A stretch of 63,400 nt of DNA, filler included, from Octopus bimaculoides (GCF_001194135.2; 5 parts of 4 records of this genome joined end to end with filler, not necessarily neighbours in it), one strand, 5' to 3'. Counted from the whole stretch's first letter, positions 11,131-23,691 are shown. Notes: generated by a model from the letters alone, not told the origin. Made by a program: numbers and translations.

Positions 11131-11700
11131 ACAATATTAGGACTGCAATATATATAGTGATTAAAGAAATGGCATTAGTTCATTTTGGGAACACTAACAA
11201 AAGCCATTGCTACTCCTTTCATTTGAGATCTATTGCCACTCAAGTCCTGTAATGTCCTGTCTAGGGCCTCCAGAGCACTCTTGGATGCCACTGTCTAATC
11301 ATATCAGATAATCATTTGGAATCTCTTGTTTGTGTTCTTGAATTTTGGGCAACAATGCAAGTAGACAGAAGACTAAGAGAGGCTTAAAAGCAGAGTGACT
11401 CTATGATTCTCAAGAAGGAATGTAATGGTAATATATGAAGCAACTGCAATAACTATACCTTTATGATGTTGAATTTTGGTAAGCAACAAAATGGCCAGGA
11501 ACCTCTTTCCAGCTCCTCTTTGACAAACCCTATCAAAAACAGAATAGATTGTCTCTTGTCTGCCGAGAATTTGGGTTCATGATCATGGCGTATGATCCTA
11601 ATATATCAACATTGTATCCCTTCCATGTTGTACTTGCTGCACAGCAATTACTGATGTGAAGTAAACTCATTCATCACCTTTCACAGCATGTTGCTGAATG
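10920..11700 (-). mobile_element. Highly degenerate Helitron RepHel PIF1-helicase fragment
   Basis: With frameshifts it reads GAGKRFLAILLLTKIQHHKGIVIAVAS.. and II.YD.TVASKSALEALDRTLQDLSGNRSQMKGVAM, matching Helitron helicase motifs (GTGKTFL; IIWDE.TM.HK.ALEALDRTL.DL). The extension below 11180 is weaker. Confidence 0.7.
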
Positions 11701-12529
11701 TTGAGGAAAGGTATAAATATACCAAAAAGCTTCATTGCTGCGGATCTATTGGTTTTGCTGGAACTGAGTCAACTTAATCACAGCTGGTTTTGTTTTCTCA
11801 AAACAAATATTGCAGCATTACAGCATTCGATTTCCTATTCATTCAGTTTCATTTTTCTTTTTATTCTTTCCTTTAAGTTTACACTCATATCTTTTGGCAT
11901 ACATATTAGACAGTGCAAAATCACTTGCATCTGTTTTTTTCATCTCGCATTTTTGTATTTAAAATCATATATTTCTTAATTTCTTTTTAACTTACAATTA
12001 TTATTTTATAAATTGCTAATAAAAATGTAAACAACTTTTTGCCATGTAATTTGAAGTCACACCCACAAAACTCAACTTCCATTGAAACTAAAAGGAATTA
12101 AAAATGGAATGACAAACAATGAAAGGGAGAGGAAAGTAGTTGAAATAAAATAAGAAGCAGTAATAATATGAGAGAGACAGACAGACAGAAACAGTAAAAG
12201 AAGTTTGCAAAAATTAGAACAACAAAGAGAAATCAGAGAACTACAATAGAAACAGAAAAGGAAGCAGAGATGAAAGAAGTGCTTAATGTGTTAAAGAAGG
12301 AAGAAAGAGAAGAATAAAGACAATGACAGAGAAAAAGAGAGAGAGACTGAACAAAGCAAAACTTTCAATGATGAGGAATAAAATAGTAAAACACAAGGAT
12401 ACAGTAATGGGAGATAATTAAGCAATGGCTACACACACACACACACACATACATTCTTAGATATGAGTGCACATGAGAGAGAGGGAAAAGGAGAGTCACC
12501 AATGAGTACAACGATAAATTTAGCACATA

Positions 12530-13520
12530 AGGGTCAACTCAAGCTCAAGTTGGTTCCCTTCTATTGAACATAATTCTCCAGGCCATAACAAGGGAGTTTA
12601 AGATTGGCTGTCCATGGCAACTCAGATATGCTGATGACCACATACTTATAGATGGATCTGTTGTAGAATGAGAGACGTACCATCACAATCATCATTTAAC
12701 ATCTGCCTTCCATGCTGGCATGGGTGCTATGAATGGGAGAAAACCTTGAAGTAAAAAGCCTCAAAGTAAATATAGCAAAGACTAAAGTATTACTAAATAA
12801 AAAAAGTAAAATAAACTCTACTTCCCTCAGAGAAATGGACTCTTTCAATACGCAAAACAATGTACCCAGTGTAAACTATGAACTTTCAAAGAGTGCAGTG
12901 AAATCATAGGTAGACTAAGTCAGAGAGCAGGCTTTAAATAGGGCATGTGCACAGGGGTAATAAACACAAAGTGCACAATGTAAATAGATTTTCTCAAATG
13001 CTCAGAAGGCTCCTTTGTTACCAAGGTATTCTAATAAGCAGTGAAGGCCGATGAAAGGTTTATCTTTCAGGATGAAAGAATAATTGTAGGTAGCTTATGT
13101 ATAAAGTGTGGTGCTGCACAATAAAGAGAAGTAGACTGTGAATGCAGAGGATTTGTAAAGATCAGCAAGAAATGAAGCAAACATACTCCACTAGATGTGT
13201 TATGTCCATGTGCATGAACAATGGAGTATAAATGAGCTGAAAGGAAAACTAGATTTAAGAAGAAGCTTATGTAGTAAAAGAAAAGACTGAGCTTTGTATG
13301 GGGGAGTGATGCATATGGAGATAACAGCTGTGTAGAGAGTACTGGTGATGGAACCTGTAAAAGAGGGAGAACCAGGAAGACAACAGAGGAAGTGGTGAAA
13401 ACTGATCTCACAGAGGAGAGGACATAATACCAAGATATTTGGCAGCATGTAATGCTAGAGAAGCCTTCCCACCTGTGCAAACATGGCAAAACAGACATTA
13501 AAAATAGTTGTAGTGATTGA
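12530..13520 (+). mobile_element. Old, heavily mutated RTE LINE fragment, with a short antisense RTE tail at about 12680-12730
   Basis: IILQAITREFKIGCPWQLRYADD, VNIAKTKVL and KRGRTRK are recognisable. The antisense piece is CATCATTTAACATCTGCCTTCCATGC. Confidence 0.7.
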
Positions 13521-13800
13521 AAATGGAAGCTGTGCATGTGTGTGCATGCACAAGCATGCACTTTTGAGGTTCCTGCTCAATATGTTCTAGTGCACTCTAT
13601 AACAGCTCCCTCATATTTCATACTCTCTCATTTCCTTATCACTTTCATCACTCACCTCCCATCATTCATTCTCTTTTCTATATGTTAAAATATTTTGTAA
13701 TTAAGCAACACAATCACTGCCTCTCCCACAAGCCACTTAACATTTATAACTCCCACTAATGAATTGCCCACCTCCACCTCGACTACTCTTACTATCCATC

Positions 13801-14236
13801 ATGGTAACTGCAATGAATTTACCTTTAGAAGTTATAATATGTCACAAACATATTTTAACTAACCGAAATTCCATTCATTCCTAATTACTATTTGGTGCCA
13901 ATGCTGTTATTTTTATCCCAACCGGGCAGTCCACTAGTGTAACTCAGTCACTGGTGTTGTGTTGACTATTTTTTAGTTAGAGCTAGTTTTCAATCTGCAT
14001 AGGATATCTTTTTTCGGTGTTTTCCATTGAGGAAGGCTAAAGAGTCAGGAATGCACATTTCTGGGAATCCACTAGAAGAAAGCACTGAGTAAATATGCTG
14101 TTTTTACACCTTTTACATAGGAGAGAGTATTTTCTCCATGGTAACTGCAGTGAATTTGCCTTTAGAAGTTAAAATATTTCACAGACATATTTTAACTAAT
14201 CTAGAGTTTGTTTATTCCTAGTCACTGCTTGGTACT
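13801..14236 (+). repeat. Pair of ~95-bp diverged direct repeats (13801-13896 and 14138-14236)
   Basis: ATGGTAACTGCARTGAATTTRCCTTTAGAAGTTAWAATATKTCACARACATATTTTAACTAA occurs twice. Confidence 0.8.
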
Positions 14237-14266
14237 AAGATATATACATATACATATATATATATA

Positions 14267-15135
14267 CGTGATCTGATCAATAAGTATCCAGACTGTTGCC
14301 ATAGTAACAGAGAGAGTGAAGCCGTGTGCCACAGATGGACTTTGAACTCTGCTGTGCATGCGCACTAAGTTTTAACGTTCTAGTTCATTTCCACTGTTTA
14401 CAGCAGTGCTTGGAAGGAAGGTGTGTAGCGTGTGATCACCACACTGACAATGACAGAGAAAATTGAACAGAGAATCCGCATCAAATTTTGCCAAAGGCTT
14501 GGCAATACCTGCTCAGAGGCCTACGCAAAGTTTTTATTATTCTCAACACAATCAAGGCAATCTTGTGTAACTGAAATCCAAGTGTCCTTTTGGTCAGCTG
14601 AAAGCAGCTTTGGTACAAACTTGGCAGACACGCATCTCATACCCAAATCTTCAGTGATAATGAACTGAATCGTAACTAATCTATACATTCTCTGATAACT
14701 CACAAATGATGATTCAACAATTTCCCGTCACAGCTGCACACATATCTGCAATGTTTTTCCCAGTTCTGTTGGTTGCGGGTCTCCCAGAACGTTTATCAAT
14801 ATCAACATTTTCTCCGGTCATCTTGAAAACATCTGAACCACTTGTACACTTGTGTGCAGCTCATACATTCCTCCCTACACACTTTCTGCAACTGTGTGTA
14901 GGCCTCTGAGCAGGTATCGACATGACGACTTTGTCTGTCAAGGTCAATGTGACGATCACAGGCTACACCTCTTCCTTCCAAGCACTGCTGTAACCAGTGG
15001 AAGTGAGCTAGAATGTTAAAACTTAGTTCACATGCACAGCAGAGTTCAAGGTCAATCTCTGCCAAGCAGCTTCAGTCTGCATGCTTTAGCTTCATTACTA
15101 AGGCAACAGTCTGGATACTTACTGATCAGACTTTA
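14267..15135. mobile_element. Rearranged non-autonomous mariner with two 5' ends (long inverted arms) and a transposase N-terminal remnant
   Basis: The terminal motif TCTGATCARTAAGTATCCAGACTGTTGCC is inverted at both ends in TA-rich flanks. The arms are about 14267-14530 and 14890-15135. The + strand has MTEKIEQRIRIKFCQRLGNTCSEAY from 14450. The - strand has CSEAYTQLQKV..QVYKWF and EDLGMRCVSAKFVPKLLS. Confidence 0.85.
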
Positions 15136-15277
15136 TATATATATATATGAATTTGTAGACTTTTGAGAGTACATGAATTGTTTTGGGGGATATCTGAAAG
15201 CACACACGTAATGTTATAATTAACAGCAAATAGATATTGGGCTAAAAAATCCTTTTGAATAGAAAAAGTCAATGGTT

Positions 15278-15342
15278 TTCCATGGGGCTTGAACTCACAT
15301 CCCCTGTAGACATGACAGATGCTCTACCATTGTACCAAAGTA
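15278..15342 (-). mobile_element. Decayed tRNA-derived head (SINE 5' end or tRNA pseudogene)
   Basis: The minus strand reads TGGTACAATGGTAGAGCA (A-box-like) ... GAGTTCAAGCC (B-box-like), with no intact cloverleaf. Confidence 0.45.
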
Positions 15343-15894
15343 ATCCTTCAAATTTCTATATCCATTTTAGTAGCTTTATTTCTACCATTCAGAATTGTTG
15401 TTGACATCATAAGAGTTTTATAAACTTTTGAGAGAAAGTAAGCTGATTCTATCTTGGTATACATCAAAGCACACAGACAAAGCTATGTGTGCATACTCCA
15501 TTGTGAGTATGTAGACAAGTCTTTAAAGAAATATAGTTTTGTTCTCAGAAGTGTAGCTAAAGGGAGAAAACTTTTCTAAAAGGAGTTTCCACACTTGCTC
15601 CTAGTTACTTCCATGTGCACATGCACACGTATGCATGAGTGTATTGCAACAGATAAATTGATGTGATGAATTGAAGGAAAAAGAACAATTAAGAAAAACA
15701 AAGAACATATAGAATGGAAGAAATGACTAAACAAGTGGCTAATTAAGAATGAAAAAGGAAGGATGGAAAGAAAGAAATAAAAAGAATGAAAAAGGGAAGA
15801 AAAAGCACACAAGGTAAGAAAGAAAGAAAAGATAAAGGAAGGAATGAAAGAAGAGGAACACATTAAACATTGACTAAATGGATTTCCTTCTTAG

Positions 15895-16290
15895 GGTCCA
15901 TTTAAAAAATCCAGGCACACATTCAGTAGCTGAATATCTCTGACTTGGTGTTCAGATATAATCCCAGGGATATATGCATTCTTGAGTGACACCTTCTCAA
16001 TGGTACATGGAGTCTACACAGTTCAGAAATTTTCCTGCTGATATATGCTACTGCTCCTTTGAACAACCAGACATGGTTGGACATGCATTGTTGCACAACA
16101 TGTTATTATTCTAAGAAGAGATGGGAATTTAAAAATCTTTTCACGAATGAACCTTCTGTCATACCAACGTAGCACTTCAGGTACAATTTATGGCTTGAGA
16201 CTAGAGACTTGAACTCTGCCTCATATATGATAACCTGTGTATTGCAGAAACCAGTCTGTGGAACAGTGTCCTGCTCCAGTAGGTCAGGTG
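15895..16290 (-). mobile_element. Second Penelope-like GIY-YIG endonuclease remnant
   Basis: The minus strand reads GFCNTQVIIYEAEF..CYVGMTEGSFVKRF..MSNHVWLFK..LNTKSEIFS, with the same motif order as 2200-2640 but divergent. Confidence 0.65.
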
Positions 16291-16424
16291 GGTAATATTT
16301 GCTTCATAGTAGTACAGTTAATTTTAATCTTAATTATATGAGTTATAAAACATTTTCTATATCCATGGCTAGTAAGGTAAATCAGCAGAAATCATTAAAT
16401 GTGTCCAATTAAACAGGTACATAG

Positions 16425-16467
<43 letters not shown>

Positions 16468-16696
16468 GTAGTAGTATACACACACACACGCACATTAGTC
16501 AAAGCAAGGGAGATTATTCTCCTGAAAATTCATAAAAACTGTCCTCTCTTGAGTCATAATTCTTACAACAAAAACTATATTCATTTTTAAGAAAATGCTA
16601 CAATGCTCAAAAGGAAAATAATCAAAGACGGCAATTTTTATCAAAGTAGTTGTGCAGAATCATGAATCCTAACCCAGACAATTTATATATATACAC

Positions 16697-16769
<73 letters not shown>

Positions 16770-17358
16770 TGTGTGTGTGGTGTTTATGAGTACATGTATG
16801 TATGTATATAAAATCCTTAATATTTATATTTTTCAGCATAAAATTAAAAGCTAAAATACAAGCATATCAAAAGACAAAGCAAAACAGGTTTGAAAACAAC
16901 AAAATACAGCAAACTATGTGAACTTTCAAATGTTTCAAACTGTAACTCAAGAAAGACTTGAAAAAAAGTAACCCCTAAGAATTAGCATAGATTTTATAAT
17001 GAAGTGTATTCATACTGGCTATAAAACAACTCAAAAATGTGTATGAATGGAAGATTTTTATAAGACAAATGTAAAATAATTGAAGCCATTGAAAAAAAAA
17101 AAAAAAAANNNNNNNNNNNNNNNNNNNNNNNNNNNNNNNNNNNNNNNNNNNNNNNNNNNNNNNNNNNNNNNNNNNNNNNNNNNNNNNNNNNNNNNNNNNN
17201 NNNNNNNNNNNNNNNNNNNNNNNNNNNNNNNNNNNNNNNNNNNNNNNNNNNNNNNNNNNNNNNNNNNNNNNNNNNNNNNATCAGTTGTACATCATGATTC
17301 ATTAAACAGGACAATATATCTAACATACTTTTGACACATTCATTGTTGCGGCTACTAC

Positions 17359-17390
<32 letters not shown>

Positions 17391-17442
17391 GGGACAGATA
17401 AATGGGCATAAGCATCTTAGGATTAAATAAAATTCTGATATA

Positions 17443-17918
17443 GACACAGGGCCTGAAATTGCAGGGGAAGGGATGATCTATTGCAGGGGCTTTCAAACTG
17501 TGGTCCGCGGACCACAGGGGGTCCGTGAACAGCAAATACTTTTTATGGGCAATTTGATTTTATATATGGTTTTTAATCGAAATCTTTTAATTGACAATAA
17601 ACCTATTTGTTAAATACTGTTAAATAAATAAATGTAAAAATATGTTATTTTAAGCAAATATTTATGTATAAATTTCATAAGCGTTTATAAGGAGGTCCCT
17701 AAGGTAAAGCCTGAAATATAAAGGGGTCCGCAAGTCAAAAAGTTTGAAAACCCCTGGTCTATTGCATCAACCCCAGTACTTGACTGGTACTTATTTCATC
17801 AGCACCAAAAGCATGAATGGTAAATTTAACCTCAGCCAAATTCGAGCTCAGAATTTAAAGCTGGAAGAAATGCCAATAAGCATTTTGTCTGGCATACTAA
17901 CAATTCTGCCACTTCGCT
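17443..17918 (-). mobile_element. tRNA-derived SINE family A (Meta-domain-like), interrupted by a hAT MITE
   Basis: Matches the reverse complement of the copy at 47745-47958 on both sides of the MITE. Confidence 0.8.
17484..17756. mobile_element. hAT-type MITE, 273 bp
   Basis: 16-bp TIRs CAGGGGCTTTCAAACT / AGTTTGAAAACCCCTG (1 mismatch). 8-bp TSD ATCTATTG (17476-17483) / GTCTATTG (17757-17764). Confidence 0.9.
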
Positions 17919-19233
17919 ATTTTTAAAATTAGATAAAATGAAAAATCTATATACATCATATTTGTGAGTCTAAATTTTTCCTTACCCCTCCCCCACCTTA
18001 TTGTGAAGACTTTGTTTTGCACCTCCTGGGTTCATTTAACAGTTTGTTACTTTATTTAGCCCCAGATGGCTCAGATCGAGCAGGGCAATGATCAAAGACA
18101 TTCCAGCTGAGATCAACTCATCTTTGCAGATAGTTTATCTTAGATTGTATTTACCAACATGACCTGAAGTTTTACCAAAAAATATACAGAAGCATCTGTT
18201 CTGAAAGAGATTTAGCTACTGTGCCTAACAGGTCAAATGACTATGAAGCCACTCCCTTGTTGGGTCAAATGATTTACATGCAACATACTATGGTTGATGG
18301 AAGATACCAGAGTGATTTCTGGAACAACACTACATTCCTGAAGAATAGGAAAATTATTTGGTTAACAAGATTAACAAGTATTTGGTTAAGAAGATTCTTT
18401 ATGTGAATTCTTATGATGAAACAAATTTTGTTCCATTTCAGAAAGATTATTACACCAATAATAAACACACACTAGTTCAATTTCACTTCACTTTTATTAG
18501 TCAATTGCTTAGTCATTTAACCAACCAACAAATCTATTGCAACTTAACTAGTTGGTTAAACAATTGCTCAGACCTATAGGAGAAAATATAGGTTCATTGA
18601 TGAGGCCACAAAGAAAGGACTTTGACAGACAAATGACTGATTGCTTAACTGACTGATTAACTAAGCGATCAATCTGTTGGTTCATTAAATAACAAAGAAA
18701 TTGACTAATAATAAAGAAGTGAAACCGAACCGATGCATATGTTTACTATTGGTGTAAATGACCTTTCTCATGAAACATCAGAAAAATTATTTTTTACCGT
18801 TTTATATTTATCTCTTTCTCCAGGTCATTGAGACATATATAAAATGAAATCAATTGAACCAAGGATGACAAAACCATAGTGCAGACCTAAATCACAAGGA
18901 ACTTACCTTAAATTTCCCTAAAGTATTAACCAGAACTAGTTATAATAGCAAACGTTTCTTACTAGTGCACAACTACAATTACTAAACATATGTAGTATCA
19001 TTAAATGCATTGATTAGAGCAGAATACTTTATGGAAACTGAGAGGATGAAAAATAATATCAACCCTCTTAGTACTGCAAAACATCATCAGCACTTAATAA
19101 AGGCAATATAAATTTGGCTTAGATTTCTACGGCTTGAAGCAATTCTACAAGACTTAAAGAATACAAATAACAATATATATCAGAGAAAACTCACACTCAA
19201 TAACATTAACCAAAATGAAACATATATCAGCAT

Positions 19234-19279
<46 letters not shown>
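19234..19279. repeat. (AGT)n microsatellite
   Basis: Direct repetition. Confidence 0.95.
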
Positions 19280-19284
<5 letters not shown>

Positions 19285-19857
19285 TGGTGAAGGTGGTGAT
19301 GGTTATTAAAGGTTAGTAAATACACCAATTACAAGAAGAATTAAACAAGAATAAAAGAAATATTGCAATGACAATAATAAAATTATAGAAAAAAGACCAA
19401 AAAATACAAAGATTGAGAAAAGAGAAAAATCTAAAAAAAACATCAATAAAAAATTTGTAAATAATAGTACCTAATTAAACTAATTAACTGAGATAAACCT
19501 AGAATTTTACATGAAAAATATTTGTTTTATAATGCTTTAATGCATATAATAATTTTTAACATGTCACATGCAGTTTTGTGTATGTGTGCATATATATCAT
19601 ATATATACACACACACATGACTGCATATATTCACACATGTATATATACATACACATACATACATGCATGCATGTATATATATTTACATATATGCACACAC
19701 ATGTATGTATGTACATATACATATATATATACACACACACACAGCATAAACATATCAATGATTATATAAATGAATACATGCATATACACGTATATGATGC
19801 ATACAAATACATATATAAATACACTCATACATACATGTATACACACACATATACCTC

Positions 19858-19907
<50 letters not shown>

Positions 19908-19914
19908 CATTTGT

Positions 19915-19959
<45 letters not shown>

Positions 19960-20699
19960 CACATGCATGCATATACACTCACATAGATGCACAGCATACA
20001 ATCAATGCACTTTCCATGCAACCTTAGAGTGCTGTCTGCATAAGCGTAGTGCATCCTTAGCATCCTATCCTGTACCCTGTGGGCATGCATCTCCCACATC
20101 CCCACTCATCTGGCATCCATTCTATGCCCTGTCATCCCATACCCATCTACTCTAACCATTGTATCTATTCTGTACCCACCTCTCATCTTCTCTACTCAAT
20201 GTGTTATGACACTAGTAATGCAGAGGAAGGTACTTTATTTCGGTACTCTATGTTGACTATGGGTATTACAACAACCCTACCTATGTAACCCTAGCCCCAT
20301 TCCTATCACTTTCTTTTTCTCTCTCGCTCTCTCATCCCCTCAAACTACTTTTCGTTTCTCTCCTATTACCCACTTCCTTAGCAGTGTTCCTGAACTTTCC
20401 ACAAGATAAAGGTCATAGCCAAAAAGACCATAATGAACTGTGTAACCCATACCACCTCATCACCATTACTAATTTGTCACCTTCCCCACTTTCATTCACA
20501 TCATCTGCTGACATTATTTTATTACAATCCCCTCATCAGTCCCCTCTAGTACCAACCCAACACATTTCCCTCTATTATTTCCTCCCTTACCATTCTTGCA
20601 GGGGCCTCTCTTTTGCTTTGCAACCAAGATGGCCTACACTGTTACAGATGGCAAGGCAACCTCTGTGGCACTGGCTGCAGGAGGAATGTACCACATAAA

Positions 20700-20850
20700 C
20701 TTTTTAAAGTGGTTGGTGACAAGAAAGGCAACAAAGCATAGAAACCATGTCCAAACGGAAACATCAGAGGATAACATTATCAGACACAACACTGAATCCT
20801 GTTCAAATCCCCTTCATATGTCAGCATAGAAAGCAGATTAATAGATGATG
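20700..20850 (+). mobile_element. Diverged RTE-type 3' tail
   Basis: GTGGTTGGTGACAAGAAAGGCA..TAGAAACCATG...CAGCATAGAAAGCAGA..ATGATGATG. Confidence 0.55.
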
Positions 20851-21091
20851 ATGCTTGGACAAGTATATAAATGCTAACATTCTCACAAACAAAAGAAAAT
20901 ACACAAACACACAAATAGATATACATGATACAAATATTCATACATAGATACAAAGCTTATACACACATATACATAAGTGTACAAATATACATACACAAAC
21001 ATATACACATAAACATATATGAAACAATATATGTACAAATATATATATATTTATGCCCATATATATATATAAAGCATATAATATATATCAC

Positions 21092-21145
<54 letters not shown>

Positions 21146-21245
21146 NNNNNNNNNNNNNNNNNNNNNNNNNNNNNNNNNNNNNNNNNNNNTTAATTAATTA
21201 ANNNNNNNNNNNNNNNNNNNNNNNNNNNNNNNNNNNNNNNNNNNN
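21146..21245. other. Assembly scaffold join: 44 N + TTAATTAATTAA + 44 N
   Basis: The gap is exactly 100 bp, with a palindromic all-frame stop linker at 21190-21201. Confidence 0.9.
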
Positions 21246-21478
21246 TAAGTGGGCTGGCTACATCGCTGGCAGAGGCCTTGGATTTTGGTCTCACTTGGCT
21301 CTCCGGGTCTTCTCACTCACAGCATATTTCCAAAGGTCTCGGTCAGAAGTCATTGCCTCAGTGAGGCCTAATGTTTGGAGGCCGTGCATCACCACCTCAT
21401 CCCAGGTCTTCCTGGGCCTGCCTCTTCCACAGGTTCCCTCATCCACTAGGGTGTGGCACTTTTTCACACATGTGTATT
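21246..21478 (-). mobile_element. RTE LINE ORF C-terminus and start of 3' UTR
   Basis: CVKKCHTLVDEGTCGRGRPRKTWDEVVMHGLQTLGLTEAMTSDRDLWKYAVSEK. Confidence 0.9.
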
Positions 21479-21482
21479 CTTT

Positions 21483-21643
21483 CATTCATTTACTTGTTTC
21501 AGTCATTTGACAGCAGCCATGCTGGAGCATCACCTTAAAGGGTCTTTTAGTCAAAGAAATCAACCCCAGGACTTATTTTATTGGTTTCTTTTGCTGAAGG
21601 GCTAAATTAAAGGGATGTAAACACAACAGCATCGATTGTCAAG
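21483..21643 (-). mobile_element. SINE family B 3' part
   Basis: TTACTTGTTTCAGTCATTTGAC..GCCATGCTGGAGCA..ACCCCAGGACTTAT matches the reverse complement of 24880-25050. Confidence 0.75.
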
Positions 21644-21644
21644 C

Positions 21645-22568
21645 AAATCAGACAAATCACAAATCCCTTCAGGTAGATGGCCCTGCTTGATATGTAGAAA
21701 AGGCGTAGGTAGAAACTCCATAAGATGTAACTGGTGTAAGCTTTGGTGACATAAAAGGTGCAGCAATATCAAAGCAAGGTTAACAGGGAAAATAGCTTTT
21801 GTATGTGGAAGATGCACAGATACAATAAACACCAAAAATGTACAGAAAATAGACTTCATCAACTGCCAGGGGGTTTAGCTAAAGGTAGTAGATAGCTTCA
21901 ATTATCTGGGTAACCAAGTTAGTAGTGGAGGTGGATGCTCTGAGAGTGTAGCTGTGAGAATAAGATTAGAATGAGCAAAGATTAGAATGAGCAAAGTTCA
22001 GAGAGCTACTACCTCTGCTGGCAACAAAGGGCTTCTCTCTCAGAGTGAAAGGCAGATTGCATGATACTTTGGGCCTCACAGAGGCAGTGACTAGGGACCG
22101 AGGCCTTTGGCAATATGTTGTGCTTGAGAAGACCTGTCAGGCCAAGTGATATAGTCATGGCTGAAGCTGGTGTCATGTAACTGACACCTGTGCCAGTGGC
22201 ACATAAAAAGCACTTTTCAAGCATTGAACCTCACAGAAGCAAAGTGACTGAGCAAATTTTGAGTGTTAGGCATCACAGAGACAATGACTGAGACCTTTAG
22301 CATTACGTTTGTGCTTGGGAAGAAAACCCATCAGAACGCATGAAATCGCAGTCGTGACAGATACTGGTGTCATGCAAATGGCACCTGTGCTGGTGGCACG
22401 TAAAAGTACCCATTACACTCTCGGAGTGGTTGGCACTAGGAAGGGCATCCAGCTGTAGAAACCATGCCAAATCAGACTGGAATCTGGTGCAGCCTTCCAG
22501 CTGGCCAGCCCTGGTCAAACCTTCCAACCCATACCAGCATGGACCATGGACATTAAATGATGATGATG
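21645..22568 (+). mobile_element. RTE LINE 3' part with an internal deletion, variant 3' UTR and (ATG)n tail
   Basis: Contains the PHD-like segment (C.ICRKGVGRNSIRC.WC), YLGNQV and RVKGRLHD, then jumps to TLGLTEAV. Ends GGAAGGGCATCCAGCTGTAGAAA...ATTAAATGATGATGATG. Confidence 0.9.
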
Positions 22569-23116
22569 TATGTATGTATATATGTCTGTGTGTGTGTGTA
22601 TGTATGTATGTGTATATATGTATGTAGATATGTATGTATGTATGTGTATGTATGTATGTATATGATGGACTTTTGTCATAATTTCCCTGAGGAAGGTCTG
22701 AAACATTAAATTTTCCACTCCACACAGCATGTTCAATGCACACTTTTTACTGATTTCACTAAATAATACAAGTCTTGTCAACACAGATTAACAACAGTCT
22801 CTTTGGATTCTGTTTGATCATGCACACACACACACACACACACCACACCTGCACCTATACATAAGAGAAAGACAAACAGTATTGAAAAGGTGTTAAAGCT
22901 GAGATGGGTGTATACATTGCATTTTGCAGCAAAAGCACTCACGTGCATTGGTGCAATGCAAAATACTTGAGTTTTCTAGGCATGCTGCAATAGGGTGGTT
23001 GAAAACTTCTCATCTATAATATTGATTTACAAATCGTTTCAGTAGTATACATCATTGATTATCTGGTTGTACACTTGTACAATCCAATATTAACCAGTAT
23101 CTATCTGCAGAAACAT

Positions 23117-23440
23117 CAGGACTGGTTCTTGTGCGGGTGGCACATGAGATGCACCATTTTGAGCGTGGCCGTTGCCAGTACCGCCTGACTGGCTCCTGTA
23201 GGATTTTCGAGCGAGATCGTTGCCAGTGCCCCTGGACTGGCTTGTGCGGGTGGCACATAAAAGACACCATTTCGAGCGTGGCCGTTTTCGTGCGGGTGAC
23301 ACGTAAAAGCACCCACTACACTCTCTGAGTGGTTGGCGTTAGGAAGGGCATCCAGCTGTAGAAACTCTGCCAAATCAGACTGGAGCCTGGTGTTGCCATC
23401 CGGTTTCACCAGTCCTCAGTCAAATCGTCCAACCCATGCT
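23117..23440 (+). mobile_element. RTE 3' UTR / tail fragment
   Basis: Repeated GTGCGGGTGGCAC..AAAAG.CACC units followed by GAGTGGTTGGCGTTAGGAAGGGCATCCAGC; runs into a gap. Confidence 0.85.
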
Positions 23441-23691
23441 NNNNNNNNNNNNNNNNNNNNNNNNNNNNNNNNNNNNNNNNNNNNNNNNNNNNNNNNNNNN
23501 NNNNNNNNNNNNNNNNNNNNNNNNNNNNNNNNNNNNNNNNNNNNNNNNNNNNNNNNNNNNNNNNNNNNNNNNNNNNNNNNNNNNNNNNNNNNNNNNNNNN
23601 NNNNNNNNNNNNNNNNNNNNNNNNNNNNNNNNNNNNNNNNNNNNNNNNNNNNNNNNNNNNNNNNNNNNNNNNNNNNNNNNNNNNNTACAGA

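Noticed and set aside
15278-15342. Functional tRNA gene
   Set aside because: The A/B boxes are degenerate and the acceptor and anticodon stems do not close; kept only as a SINE-head or pseudogene call.
16836-17090. IKLKAKIQAYQKTKQNRF as an exon or R4-like LINE fragment
   Set aside because: Too short and A-rich to distinguish from chance.
18824-18850. Strong plus-strand splice acceptor followed by VIETYIK*
   Set aside because: No linked upstream exon or homology could be established.
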